DNA from: Bugula neritina
Taxonomy: Eukaryota; Animalia; Bryozoa
NCBI GenBank assembly: GCA_964035545.1
Contig: OZ037770.1
Coordinates: 5,528,729 to 5,592,728 of the forward strand
Direction: 5' to 3'
DNA length: 64,000 nucleotides
This document shows, in pieces, positions 52,701 to 64,000 of the stretch (positions within the stretch are counted from its first letter, which is position 1; every line of letters begins with the position of its first letter). A model generated the notes under the pieces. The model had not been told where the DNA came from. It searched no databases and saw only the letters and a program-made list of their open reading frames with translations. The position numbers were made by a program, and so were the translations under genes.

Positions 52701-55700
52701 CTGGCTTTAATAAATAACTTGACAGACCTTCTCCTCTAATATATTTACAAGTTTAGTAATAAGCCTCCCTCGAAGGTAGCAACACAAAGTCTATTTTGGG
52801 TGTGCTGAACTTTCATAAACATAGAACTCAAGTCATAAATAAGAAACTTACTGCTTTTTGCCAATGGTTTGATGGTGATCTGGTTTCTCCAGCCAATCTG
52901 AGTACAGCTCACTTACAGTTACTGACTCATCTATAATATTGTCTAATTGAGGAGCCATTTCTTTTGAATTTCTGTTTTTTCGAGAAAATATTTTGTTCAG
53001 GCGTTCCGTGAAGCTTCCTCTGCGTTTATACTGAAGCTTGCTGCTAGTCATAGCTCTAGATAACGATTGAGTTTTCGAAAGTTCTACTGAGTGGTCAACT
53101 TCTGAATGTTTCAGATCTTCAGTGTCACTTAGTTGATCAACCACTCCATCGGAAAGATTCAATTGAGGTTTTTGGTGTGGACGAGCAGGAAGTTGTAGTT
53201 TTGGTAAAGTCGAATAGTTAAATTTGGGTTTTTCTTTAGCTGGTGGCGGTATAAACCAAGTGGTGCTTGCTTTTACCTCTAAAGGTTCTTCATCGTCTAT
53301 GAAACTGGTTGATAAAGATCGCCTCATAGAAAAACTCCAGGCTTCGCTAGTTTCCAAGACACTAGTTTCAGTTGATTGGTTCAAAATTGGTGGATTCTCA
53401 AAGATATGTTCATCGCTTGTAAACACACTTCTTGGATTTGTTTCATCAACACATCCGTTGAATGGTAAAGATGATTGGCTGAAACTGGACACTGAGGAGA
53501 GAGACGAAGAAGCTCGGTCCGGTGTCGGGGGATCTGAGTGACTACCCTCTAAATTTTCTAAGCATGGAAAAGAACTGTTAATGTTAGTAATAGCCTCAAC
53601 ATCTTGCATTACGCGAGAAAGAGCGACTTGCAGTGCGTTGTTGGCATCGTACGTTCTTTGCTTCAGCGGCAATGGATTTCTTCTCTCAGAGATATCCCTG
53701 TTACTTTCTAACGGCCTGTCCAACTGTTTACTGAATGGTGAGATTGAGGTCGCATCATTAGCAATATCTAAATCTACTATATCAGTGGTATTGTTTACCA
53801 ATTGGTTAGGCGCTGCAGATAACGACTTCAAACTCATACCAACTGTTATCCCCTCTTCAAATGTGCTAGGTGGTTGTACAACTTTTTCTTGAGAACTGAG
53901 AGGTGTAGACTTACCCATATCTTTTCTTCCATCAATTTTTGGCAGCTGAAGTGATTGTGAAACTATCAGCTGATTGTTGTCTGAGGAATGAAGTTCTAAT
54001 GGCCTATCGCTCACAGAATTTTCAAAATTCAAGCCTGAATCGTCAACTGTAGCAGATAGTACAAGATTTGCATTGTTTGTATTAAATGTTGCTGAGTTTT
54101 GTTTACAGTCTTCACTATTATCATTGAGTAGCTCTGCTCTGCCATCAATCAATGAATCTTTGTTTCCATCAGATAAGACTCTGACTTCGCATTCCTTCCC
54201 AATATTATCTGATAGTTGCAGAAAGCATCCAGACTGACGAATACCTGGACTAAACGCAAACTGGTTGTTAATATTAGCCGCTGTATTACAAGAATCATCT
54301 TTTTCAGCACAAAGCAGTTTTCTTATAAATAAATCCTCGTCTAACTGATGCGCAAGAGTTTGATTCTTGTCATCTTGTAATGGGATCATGTTTTCGTTGG
54401 CAGATGCGAGATCGTCCAACAAACTAACGGTTTTAGAGCCTACGGCCTGAGTAGAAAGAGGTGGAGTTACTTCAGAAGACAAGTCGATCAAGTCACTGCC
54501 TGGAATTACTCCGTCAGATGTGGGAGTAGTGATGGTAGAGCTTGTTGAATGTGCTGATAGAAGAGAGCAAGGTAATGATGTAGATGGTGTTGGCTCAGGC
54601 AATCTACCAATCCAGATCTCTCTGTAGTGCTTGGTACTTGACTTTGTTGGTTCAGCAAGTCTGCTCTCGCTGGAATGCCAACTGCCAGCTTGCTCTTCTA
54701 CCTGTCCACTGCTCTCTGCATAATGAGCTTCACAGAAATCATCAATCTCTATTTTGTATTTATTGAAATTTCCATTAGCATCTCCATGAGGCAGAGTTGA
54801 TATAGTGGAAGTAGAGCTGTCATAGAGTGTATAATTACTAGCAATAGATATGTCAACATGACTACCTGGTTTGGTAGTGCTTTCCAGCGATGTGTCAGTA
54901 TCAGTCATTGCTTTAACAGCAGAGTGTTCCTTGCTAGGAAACTTACGATTTTTATTCTTACCCGAAAGTTGTCTAAATCTGTAATCTGTATCATCTTCAA
55001 CATCAGATATTGATACTTTCAGTCTGTTGCCATCTCGACCAGGCTTTGCTTGCCATCCATTGCCTTGCTTCAAAATAGGTTTCAAGGGTAGCTTTACATT
55101 TGTATCAACTGATAATACTCCTTGTAAAGAAGTTCTGGAATATCCTATTGGATGGTGTTCAATATTTTCAGTGTTAGAAAACTGTGGGATATTTTTCCTG
55201 TGTCGCTGACTCCGCATTGAAGTCAATGACTTACTGCGCTTACACTTTCTCTCTATTTTGTCGTTAGCACTCTTCCTTGATCTCCTAACAGATGGCACTT
55301 CCTCTTGCTGATTCAAATCCTCATAACGACTTATGATATTCTTTGCTTGACCAGTTTTGCATTCATCTAAGAATAAGGATCTATCAAAACTGCTAGCAGC
55401 TGCAGTTTGTTTGAGTTTATACTTAGCCATGCCATTAGATTCCCATTACAAAATAATAAATAGCTCAACTAACACTAACACCTTCTTAGCACCATTGACT
55501 CACTTAATAATCTAGCTACTCCTTCACAACTAGAAAAGATTCTATTGAAAAATTAGGCAACTTATTTAAGATATTAAAAGTGTATTGCCCTACAGAGCTG
55601 GTCAGTAATTGACATGTGCTGTTAATGGTAGAACAATGCATCTATGAAATCTCCATTTATAACTTTCATAGTATTGGTTCAACCATAATTAATAGGTTTT

Positions 55701-58700
55701 GATTACTTTATAATGATATTTATTCTGAAAACAAAATTTTGACTTTGGAATGTTAGTTTTTTAATTCTTTTTTTCCACTTTGTTATTGTAGCCAACACAT
55801 GGCTTTTCACAAGCTTATTCACTAAAGGTCATTAACAATTTGAAATCCTTTACCCAACCTGAGTATTTTTATGTAAACCTCACACTAAATTGTATTAGAA
55901 TCTTTGTGCTGTTTAGCCTGAGGAACATCTGAATTACATAATCCCACAGGTATATAGTAATAATGCATGCAGGTGTCAATTGACATGTGATCCAAGTTAT
56001 GTAAATAGATTTGTGTGCAAAGTTACACCCATAGACTTCACAGCAGTGTTTATATTTACTTTTAGCAAATCAACATGAGTGTCATCTTATCAATCTGAAT
56101 ATGACTATGTAAACAGCAGAGTATAAAAACTAGTAGATGCACACACTGAGCTATGATAGCATAATATGTCTGCAGTGCTGTTATCACAAGGTTTACCACA
56201 AAAAAGTATTAAAATAAAACCCTATAGTGTGCAGCCTTTGCTTCATATTTTCTCCAAAAAAATATTTGTTATAAAATTTTTTCTCAAAGATTGACCAACT
56301 TTAAATACAACTGTTCTTCAAAAATAAAGACTCATGCAATTGACACAATATTTGTTATTTGCTATAATATTTGGCATTAATCTCAGCAAAGCAAATGATA
56401 TTTATCATTTTAAAATGTTATTTGGAGAAATGTGAAAGCTTATATTTTTAATACTTTGTTGCTAAAGCAGTATGACTCAGCTGTAGTACTTGCTGCAAAA
56501 TGTCTGAAAATCAAGGTTGGACAACTCCCTTTGTTCCATGTATGAAGGTGCATATGAGTGTAATAATACACAAACCAAAAGCTTTCAATCAAGAAAAATC
56601 TGAAGGAAGACAACTCTGGAATAGTTTTAGCTAATGCATGCCTCAAAAAAGTTACACAACTCCATATACCAGCTTATAGTACTTTTTTAAATTAGTTGCA
56701 TTATTGAAACACCTAAAGATTTCATTCTAAATAATTATAATAAAGATGAAAATAGACTGAATGAAGCTGTGGTATGCGGTGTGTTATTTTCAAGATGGAA
56801 TTCATTGTCGGAGTGGACCAATGATCCGAAAATCAAAAGAGGGAAAAAGTACAGAGTAGAGTACTGTAGAGTGTTACAGAGTACTGTAGAGTGTTACAGA
56901 GTACTGTAGAGTGTTACAGAGTACTGTAGAGTGTTACAGAGTACTGTAGAGTGTTACGGAGTACTGTAGAGTGTTACGGAGTACTGTAGAGTGTTACGGA
57001 GTACTGTAGAGTGTTACAGAGTACTGTAGAGTGTTACGGAGTACTGTAGAGTGTTACAGAGTACTGTAGAGTGTTACAGAGTAATGTAGAGTGTTACAGA
57101 GTACTGTAGAGTGTTACAGAGTACTGTAGAGTGTTACAGAGTACTGTAGAGTGTTACAGAGTACTGTAGAGTGTTACGGAGTACTGTAGAGTGTTACAGA
57201 GTACTGTAGAGTGTTACGGAGTACTGTAGAGTGTTACGGAGTACTGTAGAGTGTTACGGAGTACTGTAGAGTGTTACAGAGTACTGTAGAGTGTTACAGA
57301 GTAATGTAGAGTGTTACAGAGTACTGTAGAGTGTTACAGAGTACTGTAGAGTGTTACAGAGTACTGTAGAGTGTTACAGAGTACTGTAGAGTGTTACAGA
57401 GTACTGTAGGGTGTTACAGAGTACTGCAGGGTGTTACAGAGTACTGTAGGGTGTTACAGAGTACTGTAGAGTGTTACAGAGTACTGTAGGGTGTTACAGA
57501 GTACTGTAGAGTGTTACAGAGTACTGTAGAGTGTTACAGAGTACTGTAGAGTGTTACAGAGTACTGTAGAGTGTTACAGAGTACTGTAGAATGTTACAGA
57601 GTACTGTAGAGTGTTACAGAGTACTGTAGAGTGTTACAGAGTACTGTAGAGTGTTACAGGGTACTATAGAGTGTTACAGAGTACTGTAGAGTGTTACAGA
57701 GTACTGTAGAGTGTTACGGAGTACTGTAGAATGTTACAGAGTACTGTAGAGTGTTACAGAGTACTGTAGAGTGTTACAGAGTACTGTAGAGTGTTACAGA
57801 GTACTGTAGAATAGTGCAGGGTAGTGCAAGAAAGAATGCTGTAGAAGTAGGAGATATAAAGTGAAAACTTTATTCCAAAAAACGGGAGGGAGACAGAGTA
57901 TGAACAGCAGAGTGGAGGCCGATCTACCATGACCTACCTACAAGACTTTCCTACATGACTTACCATGATTCACCTACCATGACTTACACGTGTATAAACT
58001 TAACTCACCTGACAGCTGGCTGAGTGAATGTGGAGTTGAAGCTTTGCTGTCTCATCAGTGCCGGGTCTTCTCTGAAACTTTGACTCCTGGAACCTGAAAC
58101 ACATAGTATGCATTGTAGTGTACTATTTATGCACTGTAGTGTACTATGTATATACTGTAGTGTACTATGTATATACTGTAGTGTACTATGTATACACTGT
58201 AGTGTACTATGTATGCACTGTAGTGTACTATGTATGCACTGTAGTGTACTATGTATACACTGTAGTGTACTATGTATATACTGTAGTGTACTATGTATGC
58301 ACTGTAGTGTACTATGTATACACTGTAGTGTTCCATGTATACACCGTAGTGTATTACATATACACTGTAGTGTACTATTTATATACTGGAGTGTACTATT
58401 TATGCACTGTAGTATACAATGTGTAGTATAAACTGTACTGCATCACATAAACAGTTGATGAAGTGAAATAGAAAACGGTTTGCACCAACAGTATGGATAA
58501 AATCAAGTATACAAAATGAAACTTGTGTTTAAGTTGTTTTCAGGACAGATGGCCTGATTTGATCAAGATGAGATTATTAGGTAACATAAAGCAGTCTGCT
58601 TGAAGAACAGTATACTACAACATTACAAACCATTCCACTAGCAGGTTTAGTGGTTGCAGTCTGCAAGGTTTAGCAATACTGAATACCCAAGATTGCAGAA

Positions 58701-61700
58701 GATTAAAGAGAGAGAGGTTACGCCACCCTCCAGTTCAACAGGTTAATGGCCAGATCTCAGACCAATAAATTTATCCCAGACAGCATCTAGGCAAGGCTTA
58801 CTGTCAATATTCTACTTTTTTGTGTAATTTCAGAAAGTCAAAGTCAAATTGTTTGGCAACTCGACTCAAAAACACCTGACAGTCAAAAGTTTAACTTCTG
58901 TTTGAAGTAGATGTTACACTCTTCTTAAACCAGCATTTTACACATTATATTACAAACTATATATGTATGTTATATTATACTCTATAGTCTATAATATTAT
59001 GTTATATTAGAAAACATGATTTTTATGCTTTATTAATAATGTTGTACAATAATTTATGGTAATATATAATTATATTTGTATATAATATTCTATTGTATTA
59101 TAGATGCTATACTCTAACATAGCTTAGTTTACTGGATAATATTATCTTACACATATGATATTACATTAAGCTATAATTGTAATAAAATATTATGTAATGA
59201 ATTAAGCGGTACAGTTAGGCTGATACTACATACACATGTATGCAATGTGCAGTTCAACAATGTAGTGTTACATAAGAAAATCTAGAAACTAATATTATAC
59301 AGTGCATGCCAGTTCGTTCATTTGAAAATTGTGCAAATTTCAGAGGTTTGAAACCTGATTGATTCTTAGGGTTCTTGTAAAATATTTGTCTCCACTGGGA
59401 TTCAAACCCGAAACCTCCAACTTGCAGGTTAACGTGGTAACCGTTATACCACAAGGGCTGCTGGGTTATCGCAACACTACAGTTATAGACTACACATACC
59501 TTCCTACATTATATTCCAAGTCTAATCCTCCTGAACACACTTTGCCCCAATGTAGGCCATAACGTAAAACATCAGCCACTTTTAATGTGTCCAAGTCTGC
59601 TATTAGGTACAATCTATGACACCTCATTGGACATTTGTATCTAATAAATTGACTCAAACATCTTCTGCTTGATCCTGCATACTGCACCGCCGTACAGGAA
59701 GCTCAGACGTTTGTAAAATTGACTACATTGTGACAAAGTGTGTCGGGGGGGGGGGGGGGGGGGGGTGAATCCCCATTAAACCATAATTCTCAGAATTGTT
59801 TTAGTTCATTCTTTGCCCATTCTCTGCAATTGGAAATGCTGTTTAGTGCAAAACCAGTACATCCCAAGATATTTAGTAAAACAGAACCTACAGTGAATTT
59901 ATGCTGAAGGACTTTTATCTACACCATAAGACTGATTTATTGTGTAACTTAAAAATAACTTAATATTGATTTGAAAATTAAAATATAATTTATAGGCAAT
60001 AAGCAATTGGCTCCTGACAAAGCAAAGCTTGTATTCACATCGCATTGATTAATTGATTTGATTGTGATAGCTGGGATCTGAAGAAGTCAGGTCATGCAAG
60101 ACTGTGGCCTTGACCTTTGGGTAAATCTGTGGAGCTCTTTCTTAATACAGCTTTCAATAAATAAATCATATCGCAACTATAAGCTATTTTCTAATATAAC
60201 TGAGGTAATGTTTAGTATGAAATGCATACTCTTTGCTGCATTATATTTGTACATGGTACTCAACCTTTTATAATTATTGCTCTAAATAAAACATGGCAAG
60301 GGCAGATAATTCTCAGCCTGACTAGCTATCTGTGTCAAGAGAAGACAACTCTTACAGAGCTTTCAGTAAGAAGTTCACTTCATTTGACCCAACAAATTAT
60401 ACTGCATTAATAAACTCTGCCCACAGCTGCACTGACTGAGCAGGTGGTAGAGCAGGTAGTAGAGCAGGTGGTAGAGCAGGTAGTAGAGTAGGTGGTAGAG
60501 CAGGTAGTAGAGTAGGTGGTAGAGCAGGTAGTAGAGCAGGTAGTAGAGCAGAGTAGAGCAGGTGATAGAGTAGAGTAGAGCAGGTAGTAGAGCAGGTGGT
60601 AGAGCAGGTAGTAGAGCAGGTAGTAGAGCAGGTAGTAGAGCAGGTGGTAGAGCAGGTAGTAGAGCAGGTAGTAGAGCAGGTAGTAAGCTACTAGCAGCAA
60701 CTCTTTGTTAAATACACCAGCCACACCTCTACATGCCAATAAAATTAATATTATTATAAAAAGATAAATTGGAGACACACTTGGTGGTTACTACACATAC
60801 CAATACTGGGTGTATATAATTTCTACTTATCTGCAACATCTATTTCATCTATTGTCTTGACAATTCATTCATTAGAATCTGTCTAGACAATTTCCTTAAA
60901 TCTCTTGATAATCAGATTGTATTTTAAAGCGACTATATAGTTAAGTATTGGAAAATTACGAACAACTATGCCCTTCGTTTTTCTTTTGATTTACTTTTGT
61001 TTACCAAATAAGTATACTCCCATAGACTATATTTGCTCAAATCTATTTTAAAATATTTTCAAAACACAAAAACCGGACAATTGTGAAACTTATGTGTCAA
61101 AAAATAAAGAATAGTTTTAAAGAATGCAAACAAATGACATTGTAACTGATATATTTATAGAAAATGCTTATGGTTTTACATCTAATGGACACGACAATAC
61201 AGTCTACGTAGCCAGACTATGGCTGGTTTGGTTAAATTAGAAATTACGAAATCTCTACACCTTAGGAAGGAAACCAAGAAGCATAAATCCAAGATATAAA
61301 GCCAAGGTAACGTCTATGCACTAACTTATGAAGTATGACTTCAAATAAATAATCTAAGCATTACACCTAAGTAAGACAAAACTAACAATGCATGTCTTCA
61401 ATAAGCCTATTATACTAACTACATTAAGCTCCGCTGTGATGGAATATTATAGATTCTTCCAAGTTTAGAGAGGAGAGATAATATAATTAATGCACCTTTC
61501 ATATAGGTATGTGTTTTCTAACCATCTGCTTTGGCAGAGGCATGAATTCATTAAACACATTCAGAGTGTTTTTCTTAAACTCATTACAACAGTCTACAAT
61601 TTACTACCACTACTGCAGTTTATTCACCTCTTCAATTGAACATATTTATCTATATGGGACTTTAAAAATAAACACAGAATCTAAATAATCCCATACTGTG

Positions 61701-64000
61701 AGCTGGCATCCACTTTCGTATCTGGAAATATATGCTAAATGTTTTGTGGAAAACAGGAAAAATATTGATAGAATGTGAAGGACATGCATATCATTATAAA
61801 CATCTACTCTACTGTACAACCTTTCAGCACATAATAATCCTATCCCGTAAATTAATAGAAAGTGATAGTCACTTGAGGCTGCTTTCATTTAGAATGTCCA
61901 TTAAGTGATGATAAGAATGTAAAAGTAGTTAAAGAAAGGTGAAAGAATAATTACATAGAGGAAATGTAACTCACTGTTTACAACTACATATACATAGTAT
62001 ACATACTAGCAATGATGTGGGTTAAAGATTAGCATATTTTCTAGGCTATAAATAAGACTGAGAATTAATTAGTCATGTGACTAGCAGGAATAATGAACTA
62101 AATAAGTTGGACTAGTGGCTCAGCCTGCTGCGTTTAGAGTTTAGACTATAATTCCATTGTGACTACAGATCGGGTGCAGGTTTGACTCCCCTCCCTGAAT
62201 AGGCTATTTCTAGAAATACAGAGTCATGTTCTGCTAATACCAGTGTAGAAGAGATTTCATAACCTCTTTAAATTTGTTTCATTATTATATCCTATTAAAT
62301 GACATTGTATGACACAATCTAACACACAAAAATGAAATGATCGCTCAAATTGTTATGCAATTTATGTTCAAGTTTGTAATTTTGTGTTTGTAATTTTGTG
62401 TTTGTAATAATATACCTGGCTACTTGACTCCTACAGGATTAGCAGCCTATCTAATACAGGGTTAGTCTCAATACCTTACAACAAGTCTCAATACCTTACA
62501 ACAAAGACCATACTTCATAGTAGGAATCATAGCACTAAGGCTAAACAGTGTGAACTGTAGAGTGCAGACAGCATAGAGCAATCAATAATAAAGGAATAAA
62601 CAACCAGGTTTTGTGAAAGAATATTCAATGCTCAGTTCATGATATGCAATTAATAACACTTCAATATGCTAACAAGATTCAGTAATAAATGCAGCTGACA
62701 GGTGAGTTATAATTAGCTCATCAAACTCAAACCGAGTCACCAAAAATCATCTTCAATAAGAGAATAGATACCTTTTCTAGTTATACACAAGGGAAGAAAA
62801 CTCCAAATAATAATTGGAATCAAACGAGGCTTACACAACAAACACATGATTGGAGATGCAATCTGAAGACGTGCTAGTTACTAATAACTACCTTGTTGTG
62901 AGATATGGGAGTAGATTTAGAGAGAGATAGTAGGACCTTATCTGACATGACTCAGTAAATTGTTCCTTTCCATGTCAGTAACCATGTGAATCCAACTGTA
63001 TGCTAATTTAGACACATCAACATCTCAAACTGCTTTCTATCTTGTCATTAGCATAAACCTCTCACGAGGACATGATATATTTCTAAAAGTTGTTTTTATT
63101 TCTTTTGGCTTAAAAGTGAGTGAGTTTGAATAATGTGTAACTGTGTGTACCTAGAGGTGCACCTAATAAGATTAAAGGTAGATGAAGTTGGGGAAAGCCT
63201 GTGTTCTAGCAGAGAAAAGTAGCAAGTCATCTTATTAGTAAAATTTCAACCAGCGCCCCAAAATAAAAGTTATTGAAAAATTAAAGAATCTAGATTGTTG
63301 GAACTGTTCTTACTGCACGTAACTAGGAGAGGGGTTTATGGAGAATTCAAGTTTTAGATGATGCCTATTATCCAATATTAACTTCTGGGTTTTGAATAAA
63401 GATGTTTAACTTCTACCGTAAAACAAGAGACACAACCCCAATATAATAAATACAGTAACACTGTGCTTGCATATGAACCCAAGTACTACTTAACTTGACG
63501 TCAGGTTATACTTTAGCTTAATTCCAAGTACTACTTGATACCAGGTACGATATAACTTACCACTTTGCGTTCCATCGTGTGTAAAGTAATTCAAGTCATT
63601 CTGGGGGTAGTCCAGGTTGTCACTGTGATACGGCGGAGTCATGCTATGAGCTGAAGGTGACGGGTTTTTTAAAACTGAAGGCAGCGGCGCCTTGTTACTG
63701 ACATGCTTTGATTTCTTGGATGATTTTCCAGATTTCTTTAATCCATTTCCAAGATAATCCAAACGCCTATCCTGCTCTAACGTCGCGGCGAACGTTACTT
63801 TATTGCCACTTCCCCCTGAGCGTTTATCCATAGTAATATATCCGTTGTGAGTCGAGTCATCGGCTGACAGCCTTTTGCCTTGTTGGTTTTTCAACGCTGC
63901 CGGGTTTGAAGGTGGACTCGGCGGGGGTTCAAGCTCCCGAGGGAGTTTGCTACTGTGCCTCCTTATCAACTTCTTGAAGCCCTTCTCCTTAGTTAAGGGC
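34723..64000 (-). CDS. SHANK: SHANK/ProSAP-family postsynaptic scaffold (PDZ, proline-rich, SAM); 5' end runs off the window
   Basis: Phase-consistent exons 5'->3': >64000-63561, 58093-58009, 49804-49731, 47352-47219, 47056-46864, 46537-46448, 43937-43789, 43350-43251, 42446-42279, 41771-41589, 41181-40960, 40532-40384, 38764-38668, 38116-38009, 37280-37169, 36840-36672, 36502-36224, 35443-35305, 34943-34723. The PDZ RTVVLSRTKKGYGFVLRGAKAEQ...EFIPSEKMPALQYLDSVEKGSVSDKAGLRAGDFLLEIDG...MKVI has the Shank-specific bB-bC insert. Also present are KTASIRQRPSS, PPPP tracts and a terminal SAM (WSTGEVGVWLDAIGLGEY...LGVEKVGHRVKL). No ankyrin or SH3 exons were found in the window. Confidence 0.88.
35200..35305. 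repeat. 33-bp tandem repeat containing the SHANK splice donor (three in-frame GTGAGC donors)
   Basis: The GT dinucleotides on - are at 35303-35304, 35270-35271 and 35237-35238, 33 nt apart. Confidence 0.8.
36935..37145. repeat. 23-bp minisatellite (CTGTGTGACTATAATGTGTCATA)n
   Basis: About 9 tandem copies in a SHANK intron. Confidence 0.9.
37355..38008. repeat. 26-bp minisatellite (TCACTCACTTGTAGTTACAGTATTAG)n abutting a SHANK donor
   Basis: More than 20 copies, degenerating toward 38008. Most units carry GTGAGT on the - strand. Confidence 0.9.
38215..38467. mobile_element. Foldback-like repeat element with AATGGCAC/GTGCCATT sub-repeats, an ACCCTA core and a CGGACAC end
   Basis: Several AAATGGCAC-type units on the left, inverted GTGCCATTT units on the right, central AACCCTACCCTAAACCCTAA, terminus TTTACCGGACAC. 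Confidence 0.5.
39502..39845. mobile_element. MITE, PIF/Harbinger, same family as 25695-25989, in the opposite orientation
   Basis: Same ~70-bp TIRs. The interior is the reverse complement of the 25695 copy plus about 50 extra bp. Flanks are TCA/TTA. Confidence 0.9.
43716..43792. repeat. 17-bp tandem repeat of a SHANK splice donor (CAG|GTAAATATAGC)
   Basis: Five copies of TTTACCTGT on + at 17-nt spacing. Confidence 0.85.
43965..44505. repeat. Complex TGTCAC-based minisatellite
   Basis: Units of about 120 bp and 40 bp built from CATGTCAC. Source of the spurious ORFs at 43964-44582. Confidence 0.9.
45200..45872. repeat. 14-bp purine-rich minisatellite (AGAAGGTGGGATAG)n
   Basis: More than 40 copies. 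Source of the spurious ORF 45200-45985. Confidence 0.92.
46258..46416. repeat. 19-bp minisatellite (AACTCAACTAAAGGTCATG)n
   Basis: About 8 copies just downstream of a SHANK donor. Confidence 0.85.
48285..48530. repeat. Low-complexity GTATA-based tandem repeat
   Basis: Repeated GTATAG/GGTATG motifs. Confidence 0.8.
48690..49150. repeat. 19-bp minisatellite (ATATACCTSAGGCAGCAGT)n
   Basis: About 24 copies, each with the interrupted palindrome CCTNAGG. Confidence 0.92.
49731..50031 (-). CDS. Candidate short alternative first exon of SHANK (ATG 50031, reading through the 49804 acceptor into the PDZ)
   Basis: Open frame MNIMLKKFRKQ...SYRGEGVRTVVLSRTKKGYGFVLRGAK, ending at the donor GTGAGT (49725-49730). 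Confidence 0.45.
52852..55430 (-). CDS. 2.58-kb single-exon ORF (about 860 aa, Ser-rich, probably disordered); candidate alternative first coding exon of SHANK
   Basis: ATG at 55430 has an in-frame TAA 18 nt upstream. The ORF ends AAG CA|GTAAGT (phase-2 donor, GT at 52850-52851), matching the phase-2 acceptor at 49804 that opens the PDZ. Confidence 0.7.
56856..57810. repeat. 20-bp minisatellite (GTACTGTAGAGTGTTACAGA)n
   Basis: About 47 near-perfect copies. Confidence 0.97.
58108..58430. repeat. 21-bp minisatellite (CACTGTAGTGTACTATGTATA)n
   Basis: About 15 copies adjacent to the acceptor of SHANK exon 58093-58009. Confidence 0.92.
59387..59458 (-). mobile_element. tRNA-derived SINE head related to those in the LRR introns
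   Basis: On -: A box TGGTATAACGG, CTGCAAG loop, B box GGTTTGAATCC. Its upstream CTGTAGTGTTG...ACCCAG is shared with the 17357 copy. Confidence 0.6.
60437..60684. repeat. 12-bp minisatellite (GAGCAGGTAGTA)n
   Basis: About 20 copies. Confidence 0.92.

Noticed and set aside
62105-62195. Weak tRNA-like A/B-box pattern
   Set aside because: The boxes are degenerate with abnormal spacing and there is no cloverleaf.

Overview
AT-rich, intron-rich invertebrate metazoan DNA with many tandem repeats. The species cannot be determined from the sequence alone. Three spliced genes can be reconstructed by hand from GT-AG junctions with matching phases. (1) The 3' half of a CARF/CaRF (calcium-responsive transcription factor) homologue lies on + (1673-5518) and carries an in-frame TAA in one exon. 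(2) A complete 15-exon gene on - (20539->8276, about 1346 aa) encodes an LRR array, a Roc GTPase, a COR domain and a caspase (p20+p10) in one polypeptide. Most of its LRRs are encoded by five tandem 138-bp phase-2/2 exon cassettes that vary mainly at the solvent-exposed concave-face residues. The two near-identical cassette introns are more conserved than the adjacent exons. This is the standout: a candidate single-chain 'variable sensor-GTPase switch-caspase' immune or cell-death receptor. (3) A SHANK-family scaffold gene lies on - (PDZ, proline-rich region, SAM; 34723 to beyond the window end), with at least three candidate alternative N-terminal routes into the PDZ. Introns and intergenic DNA hold PIF/Harbinger-type MITEs, tRNA-derived SINE heads, an RTE LINE remnant, many minisatellites (several seeded at splice sites) and a 2.1-kb perfect (CA)n tract. 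Most ORFs in the supplied track are repeat artefacts or exon fragments.
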